Source of the DNA: Lingula anatina
Lineage: Eukaryota > Animalia > Brachiopoda
DNA length: 64,000 nucleotides
Reading direction: 5' to 3'
NCBI GenBank assembly: GCA_051362555.1
Contig: CM120645.1
Coordinates: 18,600,001 to 18,664,000, forward strand
Positions 10,322 to 24,491 of this stretch are shown here, piece by piece (position 1 is the first letter of the stretch; every line of letters starts with the position of its first letter). The translations under genes and the position numbers were made by a program. The notes beneath the pieces are model-generated. The model saw only the letters and a program-made list of their open reading frames with translations, had not been told where the DNA came from and searched no databases.

Positions 10322-12599
10322 CAAACAAATTAATTTTCAAGCAGAAATGTTGACTTGGAGGTAAGAAAAAAATTAGCATCAGATGAGGGGGGGCGATTAT
10401 ACTGCCCAAGATGTTTATTCAACTATTACACCGTATCTTGGACATATTATGTCCAAGCTCTGCATTTATAAACGTAACACAAAAAGCTCTTTCTTATCTG
10501 TGCACATGCTACAACAACATATTAAAACGCTGTTTCGTTATTCCCCCAGTTATTTTCAAATTTTTTCTTGGAACATCTAGCCTGCCTTGCAAATATAACA
10601 TCTGTCTTTTTGCATGGCAGTAAACCTATTCATTGTTCATTTCAAACTCGATGGCTAGCAGGTGTTTGCACTCATTGACACCTCTTCTTCGCCAAATGAT
10701 TGACAAGTGACAGCTGCAACTATGAAATTGACATTAGTTAATTTCATCATCACTGCATGTTTACAAACAATCCTGTTTATCATGACATTTCGCTCAGAGG
10801 ATTATTGCTCTGTTAAAAATATTACATGATAGACTCTATGGGTCTCAAAAAAAAAACTAATCGTTAGTTTGTTGATGCAAGGTGTACATCGACCTGTTTA
10901 TATATTAACTGCCCGTTAACAGCAAAAAGTGCAAAAATGTTTATTAATCAGCTGCTCATGCAGCAGAATGGAGAAGGAAAGGAAGCGAAAATCGAAATGA
11001 TATTGAAAAAATAAAGTTGAAAAGCAACTCCACCTTGACTCCAGTAGCTGTTAAGAAATAAGTTCATTCGCTGTAAGCTCAATTTTTGAGTTAGACGTAA
11101 TATTTTTCATGAATTATTGAATAATATACACATGGCTTAAGAAGGGATTTTACCCCTTGACCCCTCCCCCTCTCTGCTTCCCTCTTTAGCCCCTCTTCCC
11201 GGGCCGGCCTTACGCCTATAATTTAGGTGGCACACAGGTTGCCAGAAAACTTGATTTCAAAAGTTTCTGTTTGATCTACGACTACCCGTCGTTCAATAAG
11301 ATATTGGTAAGATCAACGATATATATAATACATACATAATCCCGGCAGATCCAGGATTGTGCTGGAGGAGAAGAGGGGAGCACAAGGACAAAAGTATTGA
11401 GTAGCTGACGACGACAGTTTTACAACTCATTCTCAATTCAACATTTTTCATTTTGATAAAAGTGAGCGAGCGAAATAATCATTTGTCCAAATAGAACTTA
11501 ACTAACGTCAGTCTAGCTATTTAAAAAATAAAAATAATACTGACTAGATTTATCTGTTCTCACAAAAAAAAAAAAAAAACGGACTAAAATTATAAACCTT
11601 CTTTACTCTCGCTCACAGCACCATCTCACTTTCTCCAATGGAACTACTTTATTTTTTACTAAAGTAGAAAATCTGCATCTTGTCAAAAAGCGAGCATGAT
11701 GCCTAACATCTAGAATGTTTATTTTGAATAACATTATAAATACCTTGCGCCTACTTTCGCGGTTTCGCCGGGTTTTTATAAATTGGAAAAAAAACTTACG
11801 TTGAGTCTTTTGGTCATTACTTATAGTTGTTTGATGTTTTGTGTAAAATTTTAGCCATTAATAATATCTTCAATTCAGTTACATCAATTAAAAACAAGAC
11901 GATATGGTAACAGGGCACAGCCAAAAACTGCATTCTCATAGAAAGTAATTTGCAACACCTTCGTTATCAGGCTTTGTGGAAAAAATATTTGAGGTTGAAC
12001 AAAATCATTAAAATGTCAGTAAAATAAACGTGCATATCGTAATACCCTTTCAGCGCAGTGAAATTTTTGGTAGTGTTAATGAATTGTAAATATTATCCAA
12101 AAGAGTTGCTATTTTTAAAACTTTCGTTACTAAAATTGGCTAAAACCTTCGTTGCTGAATAAAAAAAATCCCCCATACTAGAAAAGCATGGATTTGAAAT
12201 TTTTCAATGATTTACATAAAAATCCAGTCCTTTTCTGTCTCCACAGATTAAAAAAAGTAGAATTCGCGAATATTTCTTTAACTTCAAATTTCACTTTTCT
12301 GTTTTCTTCAAATGAATCTGTGTATTGAGAATGTGTGTTAGTGGACACAGGGATTAAAAAAAAACATGATTTTGCCTCGCATCGATTGTTACGAGTTTTC
12401 GTTATTCAATTTTCTTCAGAGATTATGACTTAGCAAAAGAGGGAAATAATGCATTGGTGTGCCCAGGTCTGTCGTGTTTTAGGTGTTTGTGAAATGGAGC
12501 ATCTGTTTAATGAATTAATAACTTAATAAATATTAGTGTTATTAAGGATAAAAGGCTCAAGAGAGAGTATGGAAGGAGGCCCTGCTAAAAAATTCCAAA

Positions 12600-13095
12600 T
12601 AAAGGGTCTACAGGAAATTTAAAGAAAAGATCAATCACGGTCCAGTTTAGAGCCTGAATACTTCCATTACATGCTGAAACAGGTCCATTTGTAAACAAGA
12701 AGTTGGAAGATACGAGTAGACTTTGTATGCTTTGTAACGAACAAACTGTAGAAGATGAATATCATTTTTTATTTCATTTCTCAGTTTATGAAAATCTCAG
12801 GCAAAAATGGTGTGAAAAAGTAAAAATGAGCGATTGTATCTTTCATGACCTGGAGGAGGTTAAAGAGAGACCTCGATTGCTTTTCACAGACTTCCATATA
12901 AGCACAGCGAGGTTTCTCTTTAACTGTTTTCAGGTCAGAAAGAAGTTATATAATTAATGGTAAAGCTGGTAACTTTGTAAGCCCACAGGACTGGACCGAT
13001 ACTTATTAGTTATATATTTTTCATATTATTGTATTATGTATTATATTTGTATATATTCGGTAATGTCACGGAAATAAATCTATTTAACTATTCAA
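12600..13095 (+). mobile_element. Degenerate 3' fragment of a non-LTR retrotransposon (RTE-X-like)
   Basis: Translates to QFRA*ILPLHAETG...RLCMLCNEQTVEDEYHFLF, the C-terminal Cys/His motif also seen at 50711-51376. Ends in an AATAAATCTAT tail. Confidence 0.7.
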
Positions 13096-16000
13096 TACCC
13101 TGGCATCTAGCCCTTATACAAGTGAGTGAAAAAGAAAACCGACAGCTGACTGCGTTTTTCCTCATGTGATCGACCTAGACACAGCGTGGTTACATTGTGA
13201 CAGGAACGTAGACGCAGCGTCACCGTCACGTGTTTTTAGTATGCAGAAAGACTGCCCCCATGTCCTTCTACCAACTGTGGGTAAAACATGGTTTCCATTT
13301 ATTTGGAACTTGCTAACATGTAGGAAATGTCATTGAATTACAGTGTGATTATGGAATTTAAAATAAGGGTTTTAATGATATCTGTACCCTCTGCTTGGCA
13401 GCCTAAAGAAGTCTGATCTATCACAATTTAAGGCCTAAAAGACCGTTGGGAGGAGAGATTATTTATATTGGCCAAGTTTTCTGTGTACCAGTGCATGGCA
13501 TATTGAATGGGGACATAAGGATGTTTTAACAGTTTAAAAACTCAGTCTAGTGGACCGGTAGCTCGCGAGAACAAAAAGGCACATCATTGAAAAGATAGGT
13601 TATATGCTTACCTATTCGCTTCTTCAACTGAATCCGGGTCAATGGATGTCGAAGTTTTTAATGTCGACTTCACAGTCAACATCAAGTCTTCTCACTGTGA
13701 GATATCATCCGGGACAGGTTCTTGCTTTGAAACATATCCAACATATCTCAAGTGGTATTTGTTACGGTAAGCACCGCCTTAATGTTGATAAATAACCACA
13801 AAAGCGCCCATAACGCCGCTTTGGCAGTACAGCAGACAACTGCAGTACATCTGACCTTATGTTATATGAAACGACATGAACTAGCGTGGAATAAAAAAAA
13901 TTAGCCCAGAGCGCCGATACACTACAGGGCCACCTGGTGTTGATTTTTTTGTAACCATTAATCTTGAAATAACCATTTATCCGTCTATATACTAATTATA
14001 TTTTCTTTTTGTTTATTGACTCTTCGTCGACTCTATTCATTTAGGGGTTTGGCTACGTCAGGTGAAAGTCTTCGTTTACAAATTATCGTTGTGAAATATT
14101 CGCTAGCGTCAATAAATTGAATTTAAAAGCCAAAGTTTGTGTTAACTGGGCCAAAGAGTTTTGCACGAACAGTGCTGTATATTCTAAATACATACTTTAG
14201 ATTTTTTATACTCTACAATAGAATGTCTTGTTTTCTGAGGTTAGGTGGTTGGTTAGAATGCAAAGAATTTCAGATTTTTTTCCAAATATTGACTACTGTG
14301 AAATTTTGACTGTTACTATTTTACAATTCCACAAAACAATTACCCCTAAAAATTACAGTTGGAGGTATGTTGTGGTAGTACGCATTCTTTTTAAGCTACT
14401 ATCCTACGGAAAACCAAGCTTCTATGGTTTTTCTACTTCTTATCTTTGTGAACTAGTTTCATTTTCCCCACGTTCATCTGATCACTGACTTTTTAAAAAA
14501 CAAACTGGCAGACTAAAAACCTATGGTGACAAGACTTGTGTGGTATCGACGGTGGAATGGAAAATACTGTTCATCGAGCCTGGGTTATATCACCACAATT
14601 TGCCGTAAGACATCTTCATTCGTGTTCAGATACAGCATAGGCGGCTATAAGGGGGTCTCCCATGTCGTGACCAACTGCCGTTACAATACTCTGGAATTTT
14701 GAAGCCAGTTATTCCAGCTCATGAATTCAGGCACTACATTGTTTTCATGGCGTTAATTACACAGGATGTTACTCCGTAAAAATGCAGTCATTATATTACG
14801 GATGTAAATCTAGAAGATGGTTATTTTCAGGAGACTGCAAAACCGCCATCGAATTTTGACCGTTTACGCGTGGTGTATCACACTACACGTAAGCTACTAA
14901 GTAAAAGCATCTCTTTATCAGAGAAAGTAACAATTCACTGAATTATTCTGAATATTTTTCAAGAGAAGTTTTTAATCCCTCCCCGAATGTATCAAATTTG
15001 CCCCATAGAAAGCATTCGCCACATACCCGAGTATAACGGTCCTGTGAATAACATCTGTACACAAAAAGAGCTAACATTTTAATATCATATCATTTATTTC
15101 AAATTTCAAGCCGCAATACTCTACGGTGTATTCAAGCACAGCTGCGCAAATGCTGAATTGAAAACCACACACCAACCAATTACAGGTTTCGAACTTTATG
15201 TCAACACACAATAGCGGACATTTCAATAAATACTGCTGTAAGGCCGTCTTTGGTCGTACACGACAGCCATTCTAATCCGTTGACTTAATTTGCAAATTTC
15301 TTCGGCAGTTGTTAATGTAAAATAGTAAAAGGTGTTCAAGACTAATAGATAATGTAATAAGTACCCTTCCATATATATGATGTCACCATCATCTATATTA
15401 TCAACTGCATTTATCCTTTAGCACAATAATTAAATTATAACATTAATAAATAAGTGTTTAGTGTTTCACAGTGGCGTTTCGCAAGTTTTCATTTAAAGGC
15501 TCGATCAAATGATGATCAAGGTATTACATATACAGAATTAGAAAGAAGTGACACTTTCGTAAAAAGCAAGTACGCTCCGATTGAAATGCGTTAGGTGAGG
15601 CAGCCAAGACATTTACAGATTGAAGATCTCTAGAAACCTACACTCAGAACGAGACCGTTGAGTGGAAAGTGCCAGCCTTAACAACAACACCTACTGTAAA
15701 ACACTTAATGCTCAGCAGTTCATTAGTGAATGAATCAATTATCACGTTAATTGCACTTCATAAAATTAAAAGAAAAAGATTAGCCCTGTATGAACAATAA
15801 CATAGCACCACTAATGTATGTATAATTATATACCACAAATAGGCTATTCCCTAGAACTCCATAAAATCATTTCTTACCATCAACTATATCTGTTTTGATA
15901 TATTCATTGAGATTATACTTTGATAAAATGAAATTGTTTTCTCTGACTTTGTAATTACCATTTCCTCAAACATAACTATAAGAAAGAGGCAGATTATATA

Positions 16001-18256
16001 TTTTTCTTTTTGAATAAAAATGTTCTTATGGCATCCTCAGAATGAACTGAACATAGTATTTGTGGCATATATTTTCACTGCTTCCTGTCATGACGCCATT
16101 AGAATATGTTTACCACATAAATACAACAGACTGACTTTCAAATACAGGGAAGTCTTATTTTTGGCAACATGGCTAATGACTAAAGCAATGCATAATTTCA
16201 GTTCGCGCTTTCAGTCAAGTTGTGACAGTGTAATAAAGTAAAATACATCTCTGATTACCACTGGTTAAAACAAGAAGCCAGTCTTTACTCTGTTCAAGAA
16301 TCCTTCATCTTGGTTTGACATTAAAGACTGGGATCCTCCACAGATCATCAGAATGTACCTGCCCAAGCAAAAAGTGAACATTAAACAATTGAAACTGGTT
16401 ATTTTTGTTAACATTGCATTTCCTCATAGCAATTTACTGTCAATGCTTTGACCACAAATCTGGAAGGTAGTATTAACGAGTTATCCAACCAAAATATATA
16501 CAACGGTGCCTGAAGTTCAAGCCTGTTTGTAATTTTTAGTATCCACCAAATTTGCACGGTTCATTTTCTTAGTGGAGGGGCAGGTGGTATCAGCGTGCAG
16601 TTTGTATGTCACAACTTGTCTAAAACTGCCACCTTACATTGTAATAACAATAAAGATAGAAATGTCATTAACAGTTTATATCCCTAAACCTGTGACTGCC
16701 CTGTTATTTCCTACCTCTGAACATCCATGTAAAGAAACTGCAATAGCATGCAGTACCACTCTAGAAAATACGTCTTTCACAGTCATGATTAAATATGAAC
16801 TAAAAAACTTACTGTGAAGTCATGTACACATGCAATGCAAACCTGGATTATAGTGCAATTGCAAATCAACTGAAACTTGGACACTTGAAGACAAAACTGT
16901 AAAACCAACACTCTTCAAAAGCATAAAGCTGAATCACCCAAATATATTGCAACAAACTGTAGATGTAATACTGAGGCATACAGGATTGACAGGTATGGAG
17001 TTTAAGCACAATGAATAAAATAATTATAACTTTGTACACTTCAACTCTACAAAATCATATACAAAAAGTTCAACCTAGGCATATATAAACTTATAATTTT
17101 GTATAATTCCGAGTGAAAGACATATTAGTACAAAAATAAAATGCCTTTTGAAAAGGACACTCAAAACACTGCTTTTGAATTACAGCAATTATTTTGTACA
17201 TACCATCTCAGCAATATTTGCTAAAGAAAATTTAACACATCACACTGGCTCACACCAACATCCACATCATTCCAGAGCCATGTGAGAGGTCAGTGATTAA
17301 CCAATAAAATCATTTTGTTCATGTTACCAAGTAATTTTTATGTTACTAATAGCATCATTTTTCTCTTGTACATAAAAGTAGACAGGTACCTGTATATAAT
17401 GATGGTTTTCAGTTCACATATTTCACTATCAATAAAGTGAACAGTGGAACAATGTCATGCTGTGCTCGGTCAGAACATGGCAATATGAGCTCATTAAATT
17501 GCAGCATGCAGTCTAGTTTTCTAATAATTCAAATCTTTAACAAGTTCTGAAGCCAAGAAAAAAATGGCTTTAATTGTCAATGAAGTTACTGGCCTTACAA
17601 AAAGTGAAAATTGGAGGAATAAAAAGTACTTCTATTTTGCTACCCTATTACCTACGTATGTTTAATGTTCAAATCACTTAAACAAACATCATTTCTTTTT
17701 CTTTGGATATTAGCAAAAACACATCACATCCTCAGATTTACAAGCAAAAAAAAACACCAAGCAATCCTTCTGCAAACTGTGCATACATTTTGAAATGTTT
17801 TGTATAGAGGGTAAAAGGTAACACCTGTATCCAAGGCTGTATTCCTGAGCCTAAAAAAAAAATAGATCTAACTTTTCATGCATGGTTTGGCAATTTGAAA
17901 ACAAGCATCAGCACAAAAAAATGCACTGCGAAAATGATATTTGCATTTACATATTTGTGAACAGTAAAAACAAATCTCTCTACGTCTTGTGCAGACATAG
18001 TTAATAATGCATGTCCAGTGTACACTATACCTAACAAAAATTTTCACATAAACACAAATACATTTACATTATGTGATACTGTCAGGCTTTCAGCAAAAGT
18101 TCTGCAAATGAACCATATTTATAACAAACAAATAGTATCTGTCACAACTGCGGTGCATTTGCAGAGAATTTTTTTGATGCTTCAAAACTGTGCAGTAGCT
18201 GATCAAAATGCATAAGTTGTAATTAACTCTTAGAGAGGTTTTGTAAGAACAATCAA

Positions 18257-20068
18257 TCAAAATGCATGATACAACTGCGTTGCAAGGATATCACCAGTGG
18301 CTATTGTCTGACACCCAATTTCTCTTGTCTTCTTTCCACTCGCATCATCATTATTTTCCTTGTTGTTGTCTTTCTCTCCATCAGCATGATTGGCTCCATT
18401 TTGCGTTGGCATATCTTGAGGATCGGGAATTGCGATGTATCCTGCAGTTAGCCTGGCATCACTTACAGTAGACGTATACATGAACTGACTCTCAGGTACC
18501 ATGGAAACTGTAGGGATAGGAACAAAACCCTTATCAGACTCTGCCTCTAAGTTATCTTTCTTCTTCTGTTTATCAGAGCCAGGATTGAAATTCCACACTG
18601 GAATCACACCCGCCATGCTGGGAGCTGCGTCATTGTAGGCGTAATTCTTATCCCCAGTCAGTTCAAATGTTGGTGACCCCTCATCAGAGGATGACCCAAA
18701 ATCAATATCAGCTGTAGGCAGCAGCTTACTAATTTCTTCCTCAATACTTTCAGAATGCTTAAACACCTCAGCCATATATTTCTCATGATCCTGACTAGAA
18801 CTTAAATCTTCAGTTTTGTTTGGAACATTATCACCTTGAGCATATGGTGGCAGCTCCCCCTCTTTCCAAATAGCTGTTGCCCGCCACTTTGCTCGGCTTA
18901 CTTTGGGTGCAAGAACTGCATTGAAATTTAGATATTCTCCAACCGTGAATTCCCCCTGAAAATCAGTACAAGGGAGATGGTAGATTGAGCGGTCAAAAAA
19001 GACATGTTCATGCTTTCCTAAGTCTATAATCCCCCATAATTTGGCAACGTGGTAAATTTTTCCTTTGCGTCCATTTAAAGCTTGCACTGCTTGGGTATGA
19101 GGCCTGGAGCCAGTGATGACCACATTAAGTCTTGCATTTTTGATAACAGTCACCTCTCCATCTTCACTCACTTGAAACACCTGTGGATATTTCTTAATAA
19201 ATTCCTCCAGCTCATATTTAGTCCAGCCAATAGTGTTTCTGACAGTCTCAGGTGCTTGACTAAAATGACCAGTGATATTGTGTATTTTCACTGAACCCTT
19301 TTTCTCCACAATACTTTTTACATAATTGAGAGCTTTGTATTCATTGGCAGTCATTGTTACAGGGGACTTTTTTGTGGAAGATTTCGGAGAAGTTGCCTGG
19401 GTCCCAACAACAGGAGTGCTGTCTAAGCTCTTTGTATAGTCACTTTTCTCACTGCTGCGACTTGCCATCCCCCTTCCACGGCCGCGTGGCCTATCTGACA
19501 AATCACTGGAAAATCCATTCTGGACTGGTTTGTAATTTGATCTTCTGGAAGTCCTGGGAGCTGTGTTATCTTTCAGAGAGACAATCTCTTCGTGGACATC
19601 AAACACGTCAGAGTGTGCAGTTAAAAACTTCTTAAATTCACTCTGAGGACCAACAACATTACGGATATCCAAAGGTGCCTGGGAGAGATGGCCTGCCAGG
19701 CTTTTGATGGGGATCCATGTGTCCTCTTTTCTCATCATTTTCTGAGCAAAGTACTGGATGGCCTCTTTCTCAGCATCCCTGGGGGCCGGCTCAGAGCTGC
19801 CTCCACCACTACCCCCTCCGCCACCAAGGCTCCCAAGTTCAGTGTTGGCACTCACCATGTTACCATTGACAGAAAACAAAGCTGGATACTTCAAAAGGAA
19901 TCTCCGCAAGCCAGCCTCATTTCCACCAGCTGCCTGCCTCATTTCTGCTGAGAAGGATCGACTGCCGAATCTCCCGGCCAACTGACTGATGGTGAGAGCA
20001 TTATCACTGTTCATCAAAATCTCTAAGAAGTACAGCATTGCTTTGTGGGAAGGCTCATCCCCTTCCAT
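18257..20068 (-). CDS. Egalitarian-like RNA-binding adaptor (3 winged-helix/LOTUS-like repeats, OB/cold-shock-like fold, C-terminal dynein light chain motif), no exonuclease domain; 603 aa
   Basis: The N-terminus MLYFLEILM...TISQLAGRFGSRSFSAEMRQAAGGNEAGLRRFLLKYPALF closely parallels the Drosophila Egl N-terminus. Two further repeats contain SLAGHLSQA and ITGHFSQA. The C-terminus IGCQTIATGDILATQLY resembles the Egl Dlc-binding tail. Good Kozak context (ACCATGG); acceptor at exon edge 20152; probable non-coding first exon with donor at 31857. Confidence 0.85.
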   Translation of the reverse strand: MEGDEPSHKAMLYFLEILMNSDNALTISQLAGRFGSRSFSAEMRQAAGGNEAGLRRFLLKYPALFSVNGNMVSANTELGSLGGGGGSGGGSSEPAPRDAEKEAIQYFAQKMMRKEDTWIPIKSLAGHLSQAPLDIRNVVGPQSEFKKFLTAHSDVFDVHEEIVSLKDNTAPRTSRRSNYKPVQNGFSSDLSDRPRGRGRGMASRSSEKSDYTKSLDSTPVVGTQATSPKSSTKKSPVTMTANEYKALNYVKSIVEKKGSVKIHNITGHFSQAPETVRNTIGWTKYELEEFIKKYPQVFQVSEDGEVTVIKNARLNVVITGSRPHTQAVQALNGRKGKIYHVAKLWGIIDLGKHEHVFFDRSIYHLPCTDFQGEFTVGEYLNFNAVLAPKVSRAKWRATAIWKEGELPPYAQGDNVPNKTEDLSSSQDHEKYMAEVFKHSESIEEEISKLLPTADIDFGSSSDEGSPTFELTGDKNYAYNDAAPSMAGVIPVWNFNPGSDKQKKKDNLEAESDKGFVPIPTVSMVPESQFMYTSTVSDARLTAGYIAIPDPQDMPTQNGANHADGEKDNNKENNDDASGKKTREIGCQTIATGDILATQLYHAF

Positions 20069-20713
20069 GGTCGCTGGCTTTTTTTACCCTGGAGACTTGT
20101 CGATCTTTAAGGCAAAGATTTGATGGCCTTGAAAGTTTTCCCTACCAAAGGCCTGTAAAGAGAAGGCAGAATAAAGTGAACATAAACTAACAGTTATGAA
20201 ACATTAAGCCCATTTCATAAAAAAAGTTTCACATTTTTACATGACAAACCACAAAGCAGTATGCCAATAGGCACTAGCCTGAGGCAGTTGCCCTCCAAAA
20301 AAGACATCAGGCTATTAAAAAATTATAACACTAACCCACTTTAAAACCTGATAGCCCAAAAGGGCTAGTAGCTTACTGAAAAGTTTTTGAAATAGACTAA
20401 ATATTCAGAAATATATCACTGGAACTTAGGAAAGAGATTTTTCTGGCCCTACTGAAATATCAGTGAGTGTGTGCCAGCAGGCCAGTATCTTATTTAAATA
20501 TGAAGTGCTGCTACAGAAGCTTCAATACACCATCTAACAATTCACTTGATACTGAAAACCAACTAATTTCACTTGATTTTTCCAAACATTTTCATTATTC
20601 AAGATTAATAGTTTTTACTCATTTCAGAAAAAAAAACTATTAAAAATAATTTTCAAACCAATAATTCTCAACAATCATGAGAGAAACACAGTCAATTTAT
20701 TGTTTGAATTTAA

Positions 20714-21014
20714 AGGGATACCAACTGTATGAGATTCACATTTCAAAATAAATACATTTAAATTAACTCATATAATTAATTTCATTTACCACCAAACAGC
20801 AGTTATAACAATTATTCTAGAATGTGTGCTTGCCACCAGACCACGTGGACTTTCAAAGATGGCAAAACTTCTCTTAGGAGATTATTACAAAAAAACCAAA
20901 CTTTTAAGAAATACCCCATGGGTTAACTTTGAAAGTCAGAATGGATTCATAAACTATTGGGTTGTTTACCCAAGGAAAACCCTATTTTGGCTAAAACAAA
21001 CAGTTGCTATCCCT
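20714..21014. mobile_element. Non-autonomous TTAA-target DNA transposon (Kolobok-like MITE), older copy
   Basis: TTAA|AGGGATACCAACTG...CAGTTGCTATCCCT|TCAA. The interior is similar to the copy at 44790-45111. Confidence 0.65.
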
Positions 21015-21038
21015 TCAACATAAAATCAACATAACTCT

Positions 21039-21243
21039 GGCCACATTCACAACCAAAGTTAATCTACAGACTAACAGATCTGCAGATCAAATATGGCCAG
21101 CCCACTTAAAAGCTTGCCGTGTGATCCCCACAGGGAATCTTTTCAGTGTCTATTAGGGGATTATGCAGCAAGCTTTCAAGTAGGCCAGCCATATTTGATC
21201 TGCAGATTTGTTAGTCTGCAGATCAACTTGTTGTGAATGTGCC
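21039..21243. mobile_element. Palindromic MITE (~90-bp inverted arms; possibly PIF/Harbinger-type)
   Basis: GGCCACATTCACAAC...AGATCTGCAGATCAAATATGG pairs with CCATATTTGATCTGCAGAT...GTTGTGAATGTGCC. Confidence 0.65.
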
Positions 21244-24200
21244 TATAGTCTTACTCACTAAAGCCTACTTAGTTCAATGTCAGCTCCAGCTTGTAGAATC
21301 TATAAATCTATTCTATTTTGTGATGGAATTTGCCATAATTATAGGAACCTTTCTCTGGAATCCTCAGAAGCTAAAAAACAATCTCATATCTTAGCCTCCA
21401 GGTATTTGCTGTAATTTATGCTCATCTAATTATCCCTTCAACAGCTCAGCCTCAGGTACTTGCAGTTTCGTATAAAGAAATATTCAACAAAACTATTTTC
21501 TCTTTATTCACTAACAATGAAAACAGTTTAAACACTATCAAAAGATCGAGGATTCAAAATTCATGAAAGGTTATTTGTTTCTGTCAGATAACACATTTTT
21601 GAGTAAGTAGAAGACAATAAATATTTCACAACTTTATATTGTAAGATATTGCTACTTTAGAGAGGATCCGAATCGAAGTTCATGTAATTCAATATGTTTT
21701 GGTATGCCATATATAAAATAAGAAAACCATGATATACTTGTTTTATTTACTCTCTTTATGCTCTGAAACACATCAAAAGGTTAAAAACATGTTGTTATTA
21801 TACTACATAAATGATATCCAACCAATGCCAACAATATAGCTCCCCATGTTCTCCAGAACTGATGTCAATTGTAATGCACATCATATGCATTGGTTACATG
21901 TTTAAAACTCACATGAACTCAGGGTATAATGAAGTGACTCATATATATATATTCTTCTGTATGTTCACAGCCAAATCCCTGGGCAGTTTTCTATTCACTT
22001 CAAACAGACCCGAATAATTAAGTTGATAAATACAGCCGTTATATTTCTGCTACAGAGCTCAATTGTTTCATTCAAACTATTGGCTGTTACGTGTGTTGCA
22101 AAAATAAATACCAACAATAATTCATTCAATCTTTTCTAAAAACTTAGAGCAAATTAAAGATGAATTAAACCTAAAAGACCTAGAACTTGAGCCCGACTGG
22201 CTTTCAGATTGGTTTAAATGAAAACTGCTATAGAACCATGGTATGAAATCAGACACTTGATTACAATCCCCTGCCTTACAATACCTCCGACATCTGAAAG
22301 ATCAGGCACAGGGTTGGACAACCATTTCCTAAGTTTGGCCTGCAGCATTTTGAATTATAACATATTTTAATATTTTATTAAAAAGCACATCTCAAGAGCA
22401 TATTAAATACTTTTTTAGCTTAAACCGAAGAAATTCATTTTTGTGAACATAAAATACAATGTCACAAGTACAGAAGTTAGGGAGTAAAAACAGGCAGAAC
22501 TTGTCATTAAAATTCAAAGTAGTTATAGATCAATTTAGTAACTTTTCAATACAAGGCAATGGCTATAGATGTCTTACTGGTGATAAAAAACCCACAATAT
22601 TTCAGTTTTATATGCCAAAAGGTACAATATTATATCTTGTCTGCATAAATGTCTGGTAAAAAATCAATTTATAGTATTTCTCAAGCTACTGGCAAAAGAA
22701 CTAACAATTTCATTGAAATTGCTCTAACAAAACTTTTCAATATAGTTAAGGTTGCCAAATATAAAGGGCACTGGTAACATGGATTTCAGAAAAAATGATG
22801 TATCTTTGGATATACAGATATAGAATGAAATATAGCTTTCACTTTTAAATGTTTCTCTTATAAAACAAATATTATTGCAAAGTTCCAATATCAAATATTT
22901 ATTGATTCTTGTCTCTTTTATTCATTTTCTTTTGGAGTGAAGAAATTTACAGAAATAATAATAATTTTTTTAATATTAAAAAAAAGCCATTTGTCAAAAA
23001 TGCATACTAAAAGATTTTGATATATATATTATACCTACGTATGTTTCTGTAAGTCTGCTGTTCTGTACATTGATCCCATGAGTCTGATTATTCACACAGC
23101 ACTATGTGCTGGCATACCAAAATGCCATCAGATACAAATTTATATAGTGCCCCGAGTTTCAGGAGTTTGTTTGGACTTCATGGTTATAATTAGTATACCT
23201 CGTAGCTCCTCACTGTACAGCTGTATTCTACATGTCTACTGATTCTGTCCTGACAACTGCAAATTTTGCAATATAAAAGGAGCAATTTAAAGATCTCACC
23301 TTCCAGATCTTTACCTTCCACAGCTAGATACATAAGTTCAATCACTCATTTTCAAGATCCTGACTTTCAGGGAACAAGCCCTGCAATAGCCAGATGCTGA
23401 TATTATAAGAAACATAAAACCAACTCACAGATGTGAGGATCTGATGTAAAAACTGAAATACAGACTCACAAAGCACATATCAGCAGTACTGGTAAATTAA
23501 ATAAAACAAGAAACAAACCTATAGGATAATATCATTATGGTTCATGTAGCCTTGGCATCAGAGTAATGATTGTATCTTACCCCTACCTGGCATAGTGTTT
23601 CTACATTTAGTGGCAGAAGTATACTTATCACAAGAATGGGTTGCATAGTTCACTGGATACTTAGCCATACTATCAGCATACTAGTGCAGTACCTTTGCAG
23701 GGGCCAGTAGAGAGAGAGTGTGTGGAGTACTCTTGACACACAAGATGAGATAATGCTGCCTGTGGTACACATAATCTTTGTTTATTTTGTATTGCATCAT
23801 TTTGTCTTGGACATGTTTATCTACAGTCTTATTTTGTCTCAAAAATTATAATCTAAAGCCAGTGACTTCTGAAAACAGGTGCTGTCTGCAAAACATATAC
23901 AGTAGTCTACAGCTTGAGGTAATCAGTGATCGAGGAAAAAGAAATACTAGTACATTCTTTTTCCTATCAACCTCCAGCTGGGTTAGGTATAACAGGCATC
24001 CACAGTGGATCATGCCAGCTCAACTTTCATCAACACTCAACATCCTCCTAGACCTAATATACATGCATAATATACACATGCATAATTTATCAATAACCCT
24101 TTAACTACCTTACATATACAAATAATTATTCTGAATTTCTGAACTGGCAAATGAAATGGTACTGTACGCACAAATCTTCACAAATATCCAGTATATCTTC

Positions 24201-24450
24201 TTAATCTGTTTTAATTTTTTTTCAGCTTAGCTCCTGTGCCAGCCTTAATTACTGTTAAAACTCCTAGTTAATCTATATCTATTTTTAAATTTCTATATCT
24301 ATATCTAAATGTATCCCACCTGTCTAAAAAATCTCTATCACTTAAATCCAGCTTTACTCACAGCATTTTTGAACCACATGTACTACTAAAGAATTTTTAC
24401 TGAAATGTAACAAATTAATTTTGTTTGAATTTTATTTTATGTAGTAGTTT

Positions 24451-24454
<4 letters not shown>

Positions 24455-24488
<34 letters not shown>
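24455..24488. repeat. (AG)n microsatellite
   Basis: Direct reading. Confidence 0.95.
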
Positions 24489-24491
<3 letters not shown>

